Shown here piece after piece: positions 26,104 through 40,269 of a stretch of 64,000 bases of DNA. The translations under genes and the position numbers were made by a program. The DNA is from the human T2T-CHM13v2.0 reference genome, Homo sapiens. Positions within the stretch are counted from its first letter, which is position 1; the number at the start of each line of letters is the position of its first letter. The notes beneath the pieces were generated by a model that saw nothing but the letters and a program-made list of their open reading frames with translations, was not told the origin of the DNA and did no database searches. The stretch is from NCBI RefSeq assembly GCF_009914755.1, contig NC_060948.1; one strand, written 5' to 3'.

Positions 26104-29100
26104 AATAGAAAACCTGAACAGACCAATTATGAGTAAGAAGATTGAATCTGTAATAAACAGCCTCCCATCAAATAACTGAGGAACTGAGGGCTTCAATGCT
26201 GAATTACACCACAAATTTAAATAAATAATAGCAATTCTTCTCAAACCCTTCCAGAAAGTTGAAGAGAATTCTTCAAAGTTCATTATTTGAGGTCAGCATT
26301 ACTCTGATACCAAATCCAGACAAGGACACAACAAAAAAAGAAAACTATAGACCAGTATCTCTGATTAACAGAAACGCAAAAAACCTCAACCAAATACTAA
26401 GAAACTGAAACCAACAGCACATTAAAAAGATCATTCCCCATGACCAAGTGGGATTTATCCCAGGGATGCAAGGGATTCATCCCAGTAGAGCAGATATACA
26501 AGGGAGAAAGGAAAAACAATCAAACTTTATCACTACAGGAAAATACTAAACTGCAATGATAAACAATAAGAAAGAAATCAACAAAGGTTATACAAACCAA
26601 CCAGAAAATAATTAACAAAATGACAGGATGTTTCCACATATGCAAACCAACTTAAATATGATACATCGCATTGACAGAGTGAAGAACAAAAACCATGTGA
26701 TCATCTCAATAGATGCAGAAAAAACATTTGATAAAATTCAACAGGGCTTCATGATAAAAACTCTCCACAAGTCAGACGTAAAAGGAATATATCTGAACAC
26801 AATAAAGGCCATATATAATAAACCCACAACCAACATCATACTGAACAGGGAAAAATTCAAAGGATTTCCTCTAACATACGGAAGAGACAAAAATATCCAC
26901 TTCACAACTTTTATTCAGCATAGTACCAGAAGTTCTAGCCACAGCAATTAGGCAAGGGAAAAAAAAGAGCATCCAGATTGGAAAGGAAGAAGTCAAATTG
27001 TCCCTGTTTGCAGATATAAAACCTTTAAAACTCCACCAAAAAACTTTCAGTAGTCATAAATGAATTCAGTAAATTTGTTTGCAGACACAAAACCCTTAAA
27101 ACTCCACCAAAAAAACTTTCAGAAGTGATAAGTGAATTCAGTAAATTTGCAGTACACAAAATTAATATACAAAAACCACTAGACTTTCTGTGTACCAACA
27201 AGCAGCCAGCAGGAAAAAATAATCAAGAAAGCAATCCCGTTTATAATAGGTATAAAAAATAAAATAAAGTATCTAGGAATAAATTTAACCAATGAGATAA
27301 AAACCTCTACAAGGAAAACTATTAAAAAACTTACAAAATAAATTAAAGATTACACAAAAAAGTAGAAAGACACCCCAACCCCATGTTCACAGGTTGGAAG
27401 AATTAATATTGTTAAAATAACCAATTCTGCCAAAAGTGATCTACAGATTTCATGCAATCCCCGTGAAAATGCCAAATACTTCTTCATAGAAATTAGAAAA
27501 AAAAATCATAAAATTCTATGGAACCACAAAAGACTCCAAGTAGCGAAAGCAATACTGAGTCAAAAGAATAAAGCTGAAGGCATCACGCTAGCGAATTTCA
27601 AAATGTACTGCAAAACTGTAGGAGTAACAAAAACAGCATGGCATGTTGAAGAGATCTCTGCACTCTCACGTTTATTGCAGTACTGTTCACAATATCCAAG
27701 ATTTGGAACCAGCCTAAGTATCCGTCAACAGATGAATGCATAAAGAAAATGTGGTACATCTACACAATGGAGTACTATTGAGCCGTTAAAAAGGATGAGG
27801 TCCGGTCATTTGCAGCAACACGGATGGAACCAAGGACATTATTTTAAGTGAAATAAACCAGGCACAGAAAGACAAATGTCTTTATTCTCACTCATATGTG
27901 GGAGCCAAAATAATTGATCTCATGGAGGTAAAGTGTAGAACAGTAGTTAACAGAGGCTATAGAGAGTGAGTGTTGGGGTTGGGGGACGGGAATTAAGGGA
28001 GGTTGTTTACTGGATACAAAAATACAGTTAGAAGGAATAAGTTCTAGTGTTTGACAGCACAGGAGGGTGACTATAGTTAACAATAATTTATTGTGTAGTT
28101 CCAAATAGGTAGAAAATGCTCCCCACACAAAGAAATGATAAATGTTTGAGGTGATGGATATCCCAGTTACCCTGTTTTGATCACCACACATTGCATGGAA
28201 GCATGAAATTGTCACAGATATCCCATAAATGTGTATAATTATTATGTATTAGTAAAAATATTTCTGTATTTTGATTTGGAGAGTCTGCTATCTATGAGAT
28301 AGTATAAAAAGCAATGGCCCAGATGTCAAGTCTCAGTTTCTTATTTATCTGAATCCCAGGGTGTGTAAATTTAAGAAAATCACACCTAAAACCTAGACAT
28401 GTCTAGCACTTCAAAGGAGTTGACGAAGACCAAACGAAATCATATATACGAAGTAGCTCTGAAAACCCTAAAATCCTATACAAATTTCAGGGAGTATGCA
28501 TGTGATGAGAAGAATGGGATATGAAATCCTGCCTGCCACCTCCAGCATTTCATGAAGGAAAAACAGAAATTGTGCTTAGGGAATGCTGGCCTATGTACCA
28601 TTATTTCACTCATTTGTTAGTGTTCTACTCATTCAAGGCCCTCTCAGAAAAAAGGGAACTATTCTAGAAAATATCCTGAAGAGCCTAGCATAATGAGCTG
28701 TTTCCTACTACCAAAGAAGATACGCAAAAGACTACATTTCAGGACACAGTCATTCACCAAACCATGGCTGCTCTATACACAGACCACGTGGGAAGTTCTA
28801 GTTACTGAAATGTAAAGGCTGCAGAAAACTTAGGTGGGTTTGAGTGGGATGCAGGTGGGTAGATCTGTGGATGGGAAGCTAACCACATTGATGTGTTGCC
28901 CCAAATAATCTCATAGTAACACTATAAAGTAGATACTAGTATTGTTGTTTTACAGAGGAGGAAACCAAGACTCAGTGAGAAGCTCGTCCAAGCTTACTCA
29001 GGAAGTATTTGGGGCTGGGATTTAAAGTTCACTCTTTTTTATGACATTCTAGTACCTAAGTGATCAGAGGCATTTAACAATGTTCGTAGGAGCATAGTTT

Positions 29101-30159
29101 GTAACAGCAATCAACGAATCAACACAATTTACATTTAAAATTTTAAAACAAAAAATAAAAGTCAATTGTCCCCCAGCAAGGGAAATAACAAACCGTAAAA
29201 TATTCAACTGATACAACTAAAAAGCAGTGAAAATAAATAGAATCTCCCAGTCAACACGGATGAGTCTAACAATGTGCCAAAAAAAAAAAAAAAAATAGTT
29301 TCAGTATATGTTCTCTTAAAGTTCAAAATATTGTGAAAAGAAACATTTTATTCAGCAGATGATTAAACCAAAATTCAATTTAGGTGGTTTCTTCTTCTTG
29401 GGGAGGAAGAGGGTGTGATCAGGGAGGGCATATTTTTTAATTAATGAAATGTTCTATTTCTCAAGCCAACTTGGGTATTTATTATTCTTTAAATAAATAT
29501 TTTTATACTTTTGAGTGAACTAAATGTGAAATTTTAAAACACAGACATATACAAAAAGAATATGGATATCAAATGCCTAAGGCTGTCTCTGGAACTTGAT
29601 CTCAACATATTTTTTTGATATTGATCTGTTATTATCATTCTTGCTTAAAGGTGTTAAGAGGTATTAGTTAATTCCACAGCAGGAAAAGGAGCAATGACAG
29701 GCCATACTTTTCTAAAAACCATGGGTAATACTATTTGTAAAGTGTGTCAAGTGAGTCAAAGGCATAGTTCTTCACTCCAGGAGGCAAACACAGTGTCTCT
29801 GTCCCCAGGATATCCACTCTGCCCTTTCCCACTCGAGCCTAGTCCCTCACCCTTGGCTTGCCTGCTCTTGGCCTTGGAATCCAGCTTTGCCTCTGTAGTC
29901 ACTCCCTCCTGTCACTGATTTCTGGCCACAAGTCTTGGTTTTCAAACTTTCTATTCAATCTATTTCAGCCCATTCATGAGTCACTCTTGCCTGTGGACAG
30001 CTGGCATTCCCAGGCACGGGCTTGGCAGGGAAAGATGAATTCGGTGAATTAAGCCAACGGAATCCTTTATGAAAGTCATAGTTGACCTGACAGGGCTGTT
30101 TCTATCCTAAATCCAGGGGTAGCTTGAGATGATCTAATGAGAGCTCCCCAACTGAGGCC

Positions 30160-30320
30160 ATATTTCTCAAAGTATGTTACAGTGGTCAGAATCACCTGGG
30201 GCACATGTTAAAAATGCAGATTACTGGGCCCATCCAGAGCATTAGAATAAGAGCATCTGAGAATGGGGCCCAGGATTTGGCTTCTGAAAAACACCCCTTA
30301 TGATAGCTCTGATGCTCTTT
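30160..30320 (+). mobile_element. MER5A-like fragment
   Basis: atcacctggggcacatgttaaaaatgcagattactgggccc. Confidence 0.6.
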
Positions 30321-31030
30321 GACTTCCCTGTAAAATTGGTATCTTGAGGAAACGTGCCCTATCGAATACTGCGCTGATCTAAACATGGACACAACTTTGG
30401 ATGGTGAGCATATCGGTTTGTCAAAGACCCATCACCAACCAAAATGATGAGCAACAACCAAGTCATGTTCAGGAAAAAAAAAAAAAAAAAAAGTGCAGGT
30501 CACGCTTTCCTCAATATAGTGGGTTTACTGCTTAAACACTGTTCAGATTTTACTCACAGTGAAGCTGCTCCAACACCAGGTAGGGGATCAGCATAGGTAA
30601 AAACAAGGAGAAAAATGTCCTCTGCCTTTTAAATTACCTCTCTCCATTCTTATGGGCCTAGTCAGATTTATGGAGGGTGTGAAGGAGGCGGGAAGAGTCC
30701 TATCAAAATTTTTAAACAAATGTACAAGGGCAGAGGGGACACGTCCACTTAAACAGCTGGCCTGGCTGTATCATTATCAACTGCCTTTCTTCTGGAGTTT
30801 CATCTAAGATTGAGCCAGAATGGAGTGTGTCTCTATCCATGTTATTTTGGGCAAAGACAATAGATGTGATTAGAACCTTAGTGTATTTTTGTTATTCTAT
30901 AAAAAGATCTGATTGAGGGTTATGAAACCTCCAATTTTCCAAAGTGCTTAAAATGTTACTATTGCTTCAAATTTATAAGGAGTGTTCATGACCTGAATAT
31001 CCCAGTCATGCAAGTATTTGTTCTATTGTT

Positions 31031-31108
31031 AAAGACCTAGTGAACCGGTATCTTGAAGTTTCATGTGGAAAAGACCTAGTGAACCGGCATCTTGAAGTTT
31101 CATGTGGA
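31031..31108. repeat. 39-bp direct tandem duplication (1 mismatch)
   Basis: aaagacctagtgaaccgg(t/c)atcttgaagtttcatgtgga x2. Confidence 0.92.
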
Positions 31109-33004
31109 ATTCCTGGCATGCAGCATTAATGAAGGTGCACGTAAGATACAAAGCCTTGTCTTGGGAAAACGAACTACAGACTTAACTAGAGAACTGTTTC
31201 AGACCAGTTAAAAACGTAAAATACAGCGACCATAGAGTTTAATTGTACAGTGGTAGAGTGGTAGTTTCAACTTCTGTACCAAGAGACAATTTTTTTTTTT
31301 TTTTTTTTTTTGCGTTTACTTAGGATTGGCCCACAGCTACATCCATACTGGACAGATGTTTTTAACTCTAAATGCAATGTTGAATTGTCTATTATTTCTT
31401 TGCTATGCAGATTATCTTGCATGAGCATTCAAAAACATGTTTATAGTTTGAACTTCTTATGTCTATTGTTTTCTACTACAAAATGTACTGTCTACAGATG
31501 GAAAGTTCTGTCTTTGGTGAGTGGCAAGGAATTGCTCACAACAATCAGTTACATACAGAGACATACTACACATGTTGGGAAGGGATAGATTACACTTATC
31601 AAAATATGTACAGGAGCAATCCTTATCTAGGGATTCCAAATGATCATACTCAATAGCTGGCCCATTCACAAGACTTGGTCAATGTAAAATACTGCTACTT
31701 TTTTCTCCCTTATGTTTCCCCACTTTCTCTATTGGCATCTTTGTGAAAGCAAGGTGGCACGCTGCCTTATCGTTGCTGCTCCTCATTACCCTCAACTGAC
31801 AGCAAGGAAAGCAGGCAAGGCGATTAAGCAATGTGGCAGCCCATTTTTATCAGTTTACCTTTAAAAAAAAGCCAAGAAAAATTTAGTGAAGAGGGGGCTA
31901 GAGGTGCTTTATAACGAGAGGGAAATGCTGTGGAGTATTTATTTTTAAGAGTCAATGACTTCCTTGCCAGACAGGTACTACCAATTCTGAAGTTATTTTG
32001 AATTAAAGGTAATCTGATTTTAGAAAAAGAAAAAAACCAACATGCAGAATACACTTAAGGAAGTGACCAACCTTTTTAGAGCTGCTTGATTTCACCATAA
32101 CTTGAACTTTTTACAAAAAAGTGCTTAACTGTTATTTTTCAATTCCAAAGATTTTTGTGGTAATAATTTAATAGGAAACTAGAAACAAGCTGGTGTAAAG
32201 CAACTATCTTAAACCATATGTAGTCTAGTTTTGGGGTCTGAAAATACTGAAAACCTACTAGCTTGATCAGCTAGAACCAAATATTCTGGATAATCGTTAG
32301 TATGTACATAACCATAAATATATGCATATATAGACACATATGTACACATATATACACATAGGCACATAAAAGAATTACTAATTTTTTGCCTATTATTGGA
32401 CACTAAACATCACAATTTAATCTTTGGTGATGCAGAAAGCACTGTTTGCTATCCTGCGTATCCTTGGAGTCAACTTTCTGGTTATGAATCAGCAAGCTTA
32501 CTAACTAATGAAATACAAGAGTGTCTGAGGAGTTTCCTCTCCACTGGACTCAGCTTATAGAACTGAGTACTAACACTAAAGCTAGAAGAAGCGGTACTGA
32601 TTTTTTTTTTTATGGTATCCACAGGAAGTACCTGCAATATAAAAAAATTAAGCTCCCTTAGGCAACTGCAATACCCCGAAATAAATGATCTAGAGACTAG
32701 GCCCAAAGTGTACAGTAGACAAAATGCTTCATAGGGTCCAAAATGTGAGGGACCTTAGCCGTGAGATAGCAGAGTCGGATGTGTTCATCAGCATTCCTAG
32801 TCTGCACTGCTGTTGATGCACCTCTTAAACTTATCTTTGTACCTACATTTGCTTTTATGGGCTAACTCAGACAGATTAGTATACTGAACTTTATACTTCT
32901 GCATTTTAAGAATCTAAAGCTTGTTATACGAATTTAAACCTTGTTACACAGTTCCCACGCAACTCCCCACCATTTTACATTATTACATCGGAAAGCCAAA
33001 AACA

Positions 33005-34859
33005 CATTTGAAGAAAAAAAGTTTATTTTTATTCATTTATGCAAAGACAGTATCAGCAATAGGTAGTAGGAACATTTTTCTCAGTTTAGAATTAATTTTC
33101 CATTTTGAAAGGGACTTAATATCTTCTTTACCTTACTCTATTAAATACTTCAACAAAGACAAAAATTTATTCCTTTACTTTTCCTTAAGGTCATATCGGA
33201 ATAATTAGAATTAACTCTTTAGAATGTAGGTATCATTTACAGAAATCTGGAGATTTAATCACAGAATGATGTATGTCGGAATGTTAAAAGCACTAAAAAA
33301 ACTATGGATAATTTTTTAATGGACAAAGTCATGGTGCTTTCAATTTCTGAGGTGTAATAAAGCCTTCTTGGGAATTCTAAAGTTTAAAGACTGTATCCTT
33401 CGGATTCCGAATGAAAATTTTGAGAAATCATAGACCCCAGTGGGCATTAGTAATATGGCCCATAGTAACGACATTAACTTAGAGTCTCCACGTTTTAGGG
33501 AAGAAGCCATTGAAAGAAGGGCCAGAAAGCCACTTTAAACACATGTCCATGGCAGATCAAATGATACTGATACAAATGTTTCCCTTAGAAAGGTATTATA
33601 TCCCATTGCTACCATTCCACGGCTTGGCCTTTGAACTGCTCATACAGCTACTTCCATTCTTTACATCACCAGTTCTAAGAGCAAACCTCCTGAAAGACTA
33701 GTAAAAGAGGCTGGGAAAACAAGACTGTGAGTATAGCAAAAGGGCTCTGGTGCTCTAGCTGTGTGGTCACAATATAAAATGAGGACACTACCTAATCTAG
33801 AAACAACATGCCTCTTCTGGACATATTTTATTTTACAGAAGGAAATATAACAGGCTAAAAAACAAAAATAAAAATCTATTTATAGCAAGTAACTAATACT
33901 TCAATGTTTTTATAAAAACAATTCCTTTCAGATACTCCGATTAACCTTTGAGTGACATAAAAAAGCTGCAGCGTTCTTTAATACCAGTATTTTGCAAATT
34001 TCACATACAGCCATTAAGTTTAGCATTTCAAGGAACAATTTTTTTTATAAAAAAGAATGGTAACTCATTGAGAAGGTTATATACCCAGTAAAGTTTAGTT
34101 TGTCTTGGATTCTTTAAAAAATTAGGCCCAGAATTTTAGTTATCCTAACTACTATCCCAATCAAATTGGACATACATATGTGGATTCTAGATAAAAGATA
34201 AAATACTTTGAATAAACATTATGACTCACTGATTGGACTGTTTGCTTAGAATCTGTTTTACTGGGTTTGGATAAGACTTCAATAAAGCTAACTATACATT
34301 GAGTTCCACTGATTAAAAATGCAGTTTTAAAAATTCTGCTTTTGAGGTAAATTTCTAGATAAATCATAAATGCAAAGCTCAATACTGAAATATTGTACTG
34401 TTCACAGGTACTTCTTGGAGAAGTGAAATGCTTGTGTTCAGACTATCAAAATTGTTAGCTTTCAAATCAGGTTTTAAAAACTTTTTTGAAAGTCAGTATT
34501 TGCTTTTAAACACTTAAAATGCAAGTTTCAATTTTTTAAAAATCCTTGCAGATAAATCTTAACATTCTTTCAGTCTCGATTATTTGTTACTTTAAACTAT
34601 ATATTAAACACAGAACCAGGTTCTAAATAAACATCTAATGAAGAACAGTTTCAGTGTTAAGATAAAACTAGAGAGTCTAATAATACAAGTTATACAGAAA
34701 GTTTCAGTGTGATTTACCAAAATTCAGAATTTCTGTAATAGTGGAAAACTTTTAGCTTAATATTCAAAACCAGCAACTTCCCATGAAACTAGATAGCTGA
34801 GAGGATCCAACAGATTTAAATACTGCCAAACTTCTTCTAAAGCGATGCACTCTTTTACC
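33005..34859 (-). other. DAZ: DAZ terminal exon (3'UTR, ~1.85 kb)
   Basis: ttttccag|GGTAAAAGAGTGCATCGC, homologous to the DAZL last exon (DKRVHHFRRS...); AT-rich and free of recognisable repeats; the 3' end is inferred from polyA signals. Confidence 0.85.
33022..33033 (-). terminator. Tandem polyadenylation signals (AATAAA x2) of DAZ
   Basis: Plus strand tttatttttatt = minus AATAAAAATAAA, followed by a U/GU-rich tract (ttttttcttcaaatgtgtttttgg). Confidence 0.75.
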
Positions 34860-35909
34860 CTGGAAAAGACAGAAATAGTCCTTTTATTTTACTGAAAATT
34901 TCTGATGACTACTATGGATCTGAAAGTTGTCAAAACTTAAACCATTTGTTTTGGGTTTAAACATTATAAATAATGAGAAAAAAAGATGATTCTTTTCAGG
35001 AAGCATATTTGAACACTGGGATAACAAATGTACCAAGATGGCTAGTTTTATTAAACAGTTAAAAAAAGAAATCAATAATTAAATAAAACAAATTCCAGTA
35101 AACTGAGAAATAAAAGGACTTAAACTCAGTATCATTTTATGTACTTCTTAGTTAATAATTTTGCAGTAATGTCCCAAAGACAGCTGGTAGAAAATGTAAT
35201 TGTAAAGAATACTTTTTTCACTAATTGAACTGCATTTAATACCAACTACAGCTTGCGAACTGCTCTCCAATCTGAAATTTCGTGTTTTTAGATTAAAATA
35301 TGTAAGTTTTGGCATTTGAAGAACATATCATTAACCTGTGAAGACATATCATTCTTTAGAAAGGAAGATAAAACTTTAAAATACATGCAAAACTTTCTTT
35401 TCACTCTATGTTGCCTGCAGACGTGCAGAGAGAAGTGAGAGGTCTTACAAGGAGGAATGGGAATGAGTGAACGAGTAATAACATTTCCTTTTCTACAAAG
35501 CTGTGCCCTTTTTTTAAGACTTCAGTTTCATTTTCATATAAATAAAAGTGGCTTCTGGAAGTTACCTCATCTGTCAAAAGAGTGATAATCAATTTAGGTT
35601 AAAATCTAGAAAACTGGTCACCAACATGTATATTCAGAGGTCATGTAGGAAACAAGATTGTGAAAGGGCTAGATAACTAAGACAATGAAGAGAAATCGGC
35701 TATGGAAATTGTAAATACATTCAAAAATATCTCAGGCATTCTAATTCAATATAACAACGTGCAGTCAATTAAAATAGGTCTAAATGTCAGACAACTGCAG
35801 GATGCCAACTTCTGATTCCTCTCCCAAATAAGCAGAAAACTCTGGAAGTTTCAAAGCGAGTCTTTTGTCTACCACCAGGTGAGAACTCAAGTTTAAAAAA
35901 ATATTTTCT

Positions 35910-36525
<616 letters not shown>

Positions 36526-36859
36526 CAAAAAACTATCTTCTGCTTTGAAAATCACTTAAGTACTACTGTAGACACCAATGTAATCAGAATTTTCGGCAAG
36601 ATAAGCTGATGTACAATTCCAGTTCTTTCTTTTCTAAATTGTACTATCTATATAGAACGAAGCAACAAGAGAACAAATGTCAAATTTAAATATATTTACT
36701 CCATGTTGCAAAGATGTTAAGAACTTAATTCTGCTATCTGGCTCTACTCTTCTACATTATACAGAAGATTCATAATATAACCCTTTAAAAAGGCTTAGGC
36801 TTCATCCCATATCCATTCACAGACAAAAATAAGCTAGTTCTGTTGTAAGACACAAAGTG

Positions 36860-37480
36860 ATGGTTAAACATTTTCTTTTGAATGTAAAGTGTGTAGCCAG
36901 TTTTGACAAATCTGGCAGTTCCACTAAAGGTTAAATATGACTTAGCAATTCCATTCCCAAGTATATACGCAAGAGAGGTAAGCACGTATGTCCCCACAGT
37001 AACTTGTACATGAATGTTCACAGCATTAGTTATAACAGCTAAAAAGTGGAAATAATCCAAATGTCTTTAACAGATGAATGCATAAACAGAATAAGGTAAT
37101 ATCTACAAATAAAAAGAAATGATTAAGTTCTGATACGTGCTAGAATATTGATGAACCTTACAAACATTATGCTGAGTGAAAAAATCCAGTCACAAAATGC
37201 CACATCATTATGTATGATTCCATATACAAGAAATCTCCAGGACAGGAAAATCCTTAGAGGAAAAAAGTAAATTAGTGTTTGCCTAGGGATACACACAAGT
37301 TCCAGGAAAATAGCAGGTGACTGCTAAGGTACGGGGGTGATTTTTGAGGTGATTTAAGTATTCTAAAATTGATTGTGGACATGGTTGCACAACTTTGAAT
37401 ATATGAAAAAACAGTGAAGTGCACATTTTAAATACATAAATTGTATTACTGGTATTATTTTAATAAAATTGTTATTTAAA
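36860..37480 (+). mobile_element. Old L1M 3' fragment in the last DAZ intron
   Basis: gcaattccattcc...aacttgtacatgaatgttcacagcatt...ttctaaaattgattgtgg. Confidence 0.75.
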
Positions 37481-37864
37481 AAACACCTTCCCTTTATTAA
37501 CCATAATATTTTTCTCCCACCGGACTGACCAAGTTAGTTCTTTTTCGTATTTATAGACTTAGAACCACAGGGACCCAGAAACCTTTAGTCCTGTACCTTC
37601 TCATTTTAGACTTGTAAGAATTAGAGCCTTAATAAAAGATTTATCTATCCAACATGGATAGAAAGTGGGATCAGAAGTCAGATCTTTCTGGAATTCAACT
37701 AGCCACATTCTCTTCCGCTTCACCAACTCTGAATCAACCTCTCTTTCTACTCAACTTTTTACTGCTTCATTTTACCCCTTTTCTCCCTTCACACTGTTCA
37801 GGTGTATCATCTGAGTAAATCATTTCTTTTCTTCTCTTTAGTCCAATATGCATGTATTAAGTTC

Positions 37865-37866
<2 letters not shown>

Positions 37867-37905
<39 letters not shown>

Positions 37906-38193
37906 AGACAAGGTCTCTCACTCTGTTGCCCAGGCTGGACTACAACGGCACAATCATGGCTCAGTGCAGCCTCAACTTCCCAGGCTCAAGCGATCCTCCT
38001 GCCTCAGACTCCTCTGGAGTAGTTGGCACTACAGGCATGTACCATCACAACTGGCTGATTTTTGTATTTTTTTGTAGAGATGGTGTTTTGCCTTGTTACC
38101 CAGGGTGGCCTCGAACTCCTGAGCTCAAGCAATCCACCCACCTCAGCCCCCCAAAGTGTTGGGATTACAGGCGTGAGCCTCTGCACCCAGCCA
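37867..38193 (-). mobile_element. Alu (AluJ-like)
   Basis: Poly-T, then reverse-complement Alu body. Confidence 0.9.
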
Positions 38194-38419
38194 AGATCTC
38201 CTTTCTGTATCTAAAATTTTATTTTACTATTTGGTCAAGGTAGTCAACTAACTCTCTTCTCTAGTAAACCCTTTCAATTACAAATTTCTGCTGCAGGATT
38301 CTTCCCTAAATTTGACTACATTATATCAAGGCTCGGCAGCAGAAAATATACTGCCAGGTAAAACCCACACTGGTTTACTGGGTTACAGTCAAATGCCAAC
38401 AGTTCAATTAAATGTTCTA

Positions 38420-38732
38420 GGCCGGGCACGGTGGCTCATGCCTGTAATCCCAGCACTTTGGGAGGCTGAGGCAGGTGGATCACGAGGTCAGGAGATCGAG
38501 ACCATCCTGGCTAACACGGTGAAACCCCGTCTCTACTAAAAATACAAAAAATTAGCTGGGCGTGGTGGTGGGCGCCTGTAGTCCCAGCTACTCGGAAGGC
38601 TGAGGCAGGAGAATGGCGTTAAGTAAACCTGGGAGGTGGAGCTTGCAGTGAGCCTAGATGGGGCCACTCACTGCACTCCAGCCTGGGCGACAGAGGAGAC
38701 TCCGTCTCAAAACAAAAAAAAAAGAAAAAAAA
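38420..38732 (+). mobile_element. AluY
   Basis: ggccgggcacggtggctc...gagaccatcctggctaacacggtg... Confidence 0.92.
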
Positions 38733-38832
38733 TTCCTCTAAGAAAGCCCAAAATACATGTGCCACAAGGAAAACAGCTAACTTGAGAGGGAACAAGTGTG
38801 CTTTTTAATTATGCATGCCATTCCTTTCATAC

Positions 38833-38931
38833 CTTGAAGCAGTCATCTTGAGTAACAACGGAATTTATCAGTCTCTTCTCTGGATTAAACAGACAAGATA
38901 CCACCATTTGTATGCTTCGGTCCACAGATTT
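38833..38931 (-). CDS. DAZ: DAZ exon 10 (99 nt): (R)NLWTEAYKWWYLVCLIQRRD*, stop TGA at 38870-38868
   Basis: gtttcag|AAATCTGTGG...TTCAAG|gtatga. Confidence 0.95.
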
Positions 38932-39071
38932 CTGAAACACAGAAGTTTTCAGTAATGTAAAGACAACTCTTTCTTTCACTCACTCTTAATAAGGGTGTGT
39001 TTTGGTTTTTCTTTTGATGGTTTAATGAACATATCAGTTTATTTCCAAAGAAATGCAAAAATGCTAAAAGA

Positions 39072-39362
39072 GGCTGGGAGCAGTGGCTCACACCTCTAAT
39101 CCCAGCACTTTGGGAGGCCGAGGAGGACGCATCACCTGATATCAGGAGTTCAAGACTATCCTGGCCAACATGGCGAAACCCCTTCTCCACTAAAAAATAC
39201 AAAAATTAGCTGGGTGACGGGTGCCTGTAATTCCACCTATTGGGGAGGCTGAGGCAGGGAGAATTACTGGAACCTAGGAGACAGAAGTTGCAGTGAGCCG
39301 AGATCACACCACTGCACTTCCAGCCTGGGCGACACCGCAAGACCCTGTCTCAAAAAAAAAAG
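39072..39362 (+). mobile_element. Alu (AluS-like)
   Basis: Dimeric Alu with A tail. Confidence 0.9.
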
Positions 39363-40269
39363 AAATTCATAAAAATGTGATTCATAATTCCTGCCACATA
39401 TCCTCAGTATGTACGTTTTCTGACAAATCGAAGAATTATTTTAGAACCTTAGCGATAGAATACTGGTTTAAAAAGCTGAATTTGTTAAATCCCTAAGTGA
39501 ATTCCAATGTTTCAAGAAAACATACTCAGAACAAAACCAGACAATTATACTGTAAGAGTTATGTTTTCATATTTATTCACATTTTAAAATCCAATATCAA
39601 ATCAAGGAATTTACACTGCAATGGGACTTCTTGGGTATTATACATATTACCAGCACATCAACTACTTCCACACGCCCACCTATCTAACAGAACATATGTG
39701 ACGCCAGGAGTGACAGTACTGTTATTACAGAAATTTGCACTAATGATAAAAAAAAGAAACAACCCTGTCTATTTCAGTGTTTGAATAATTACTACTGACT
39801 TCACCACTGTTGGAAACTTCTGCCACATATAATGTTATGGAGAGAATGCTTATTTAAATGGTATTTTTCACTGCTTAAGATCAAAACTGTTGTAAAAGAA
39901 AAGGGACATACAATTCGTACTAATTCTTCTTTTGAGTAGAATTCTAGAGGAAACCCTCCCATAGCATTCTGCCAAATCATATTAATACAGTATTTATTAA
40001 AGAATGGCTTTTTAAAATTAGTGAAACTGAAATACAGGAAAGGACTTGCTGAATCAGAAACTTTAGGTATATACTGAAAATTTGGGGTATCTGAAATTTC
40101 AACAACCTTTACATTAACTGCTGACTATCAGTCCATTATTTAAGCTCCATGATTTATGGCTAACATTTTTAAATTTGGGCAAAAATGTTTGCTTCTCAAA
40201 AAAAGTCATTCAAATTAGAAAAAAATATGAAATATATATTGTAAAAAAAATTCAAAATTAGATGTTTGC

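Larger units (their letters stand above)
22010..28260 (+). mobile_element. Internally deleted old LINE-1 (L1M/L1MA-like: GC-richer 5'UTR, ORF1 end, ORF2, 3'UTR)
   Basis: ORF2 start atgacaggagtaagtcctcacc at 24411; [18 protein letters not shown] translation; 3'UTR motifs. Confidence 0.85.

Noticed and set aside
30330-30492. Possible retrocopy or snoRNA (ATGATGA motif followed by poly-A)
   Set aside because: No TSD, no convincing D box or terminal stem, and no recognisable parent
29694-32706. Short ORFs in unique sequence downstream of DAZ
   Set aside because: No recognisable homology or exon structure; lengths are as expected by chance
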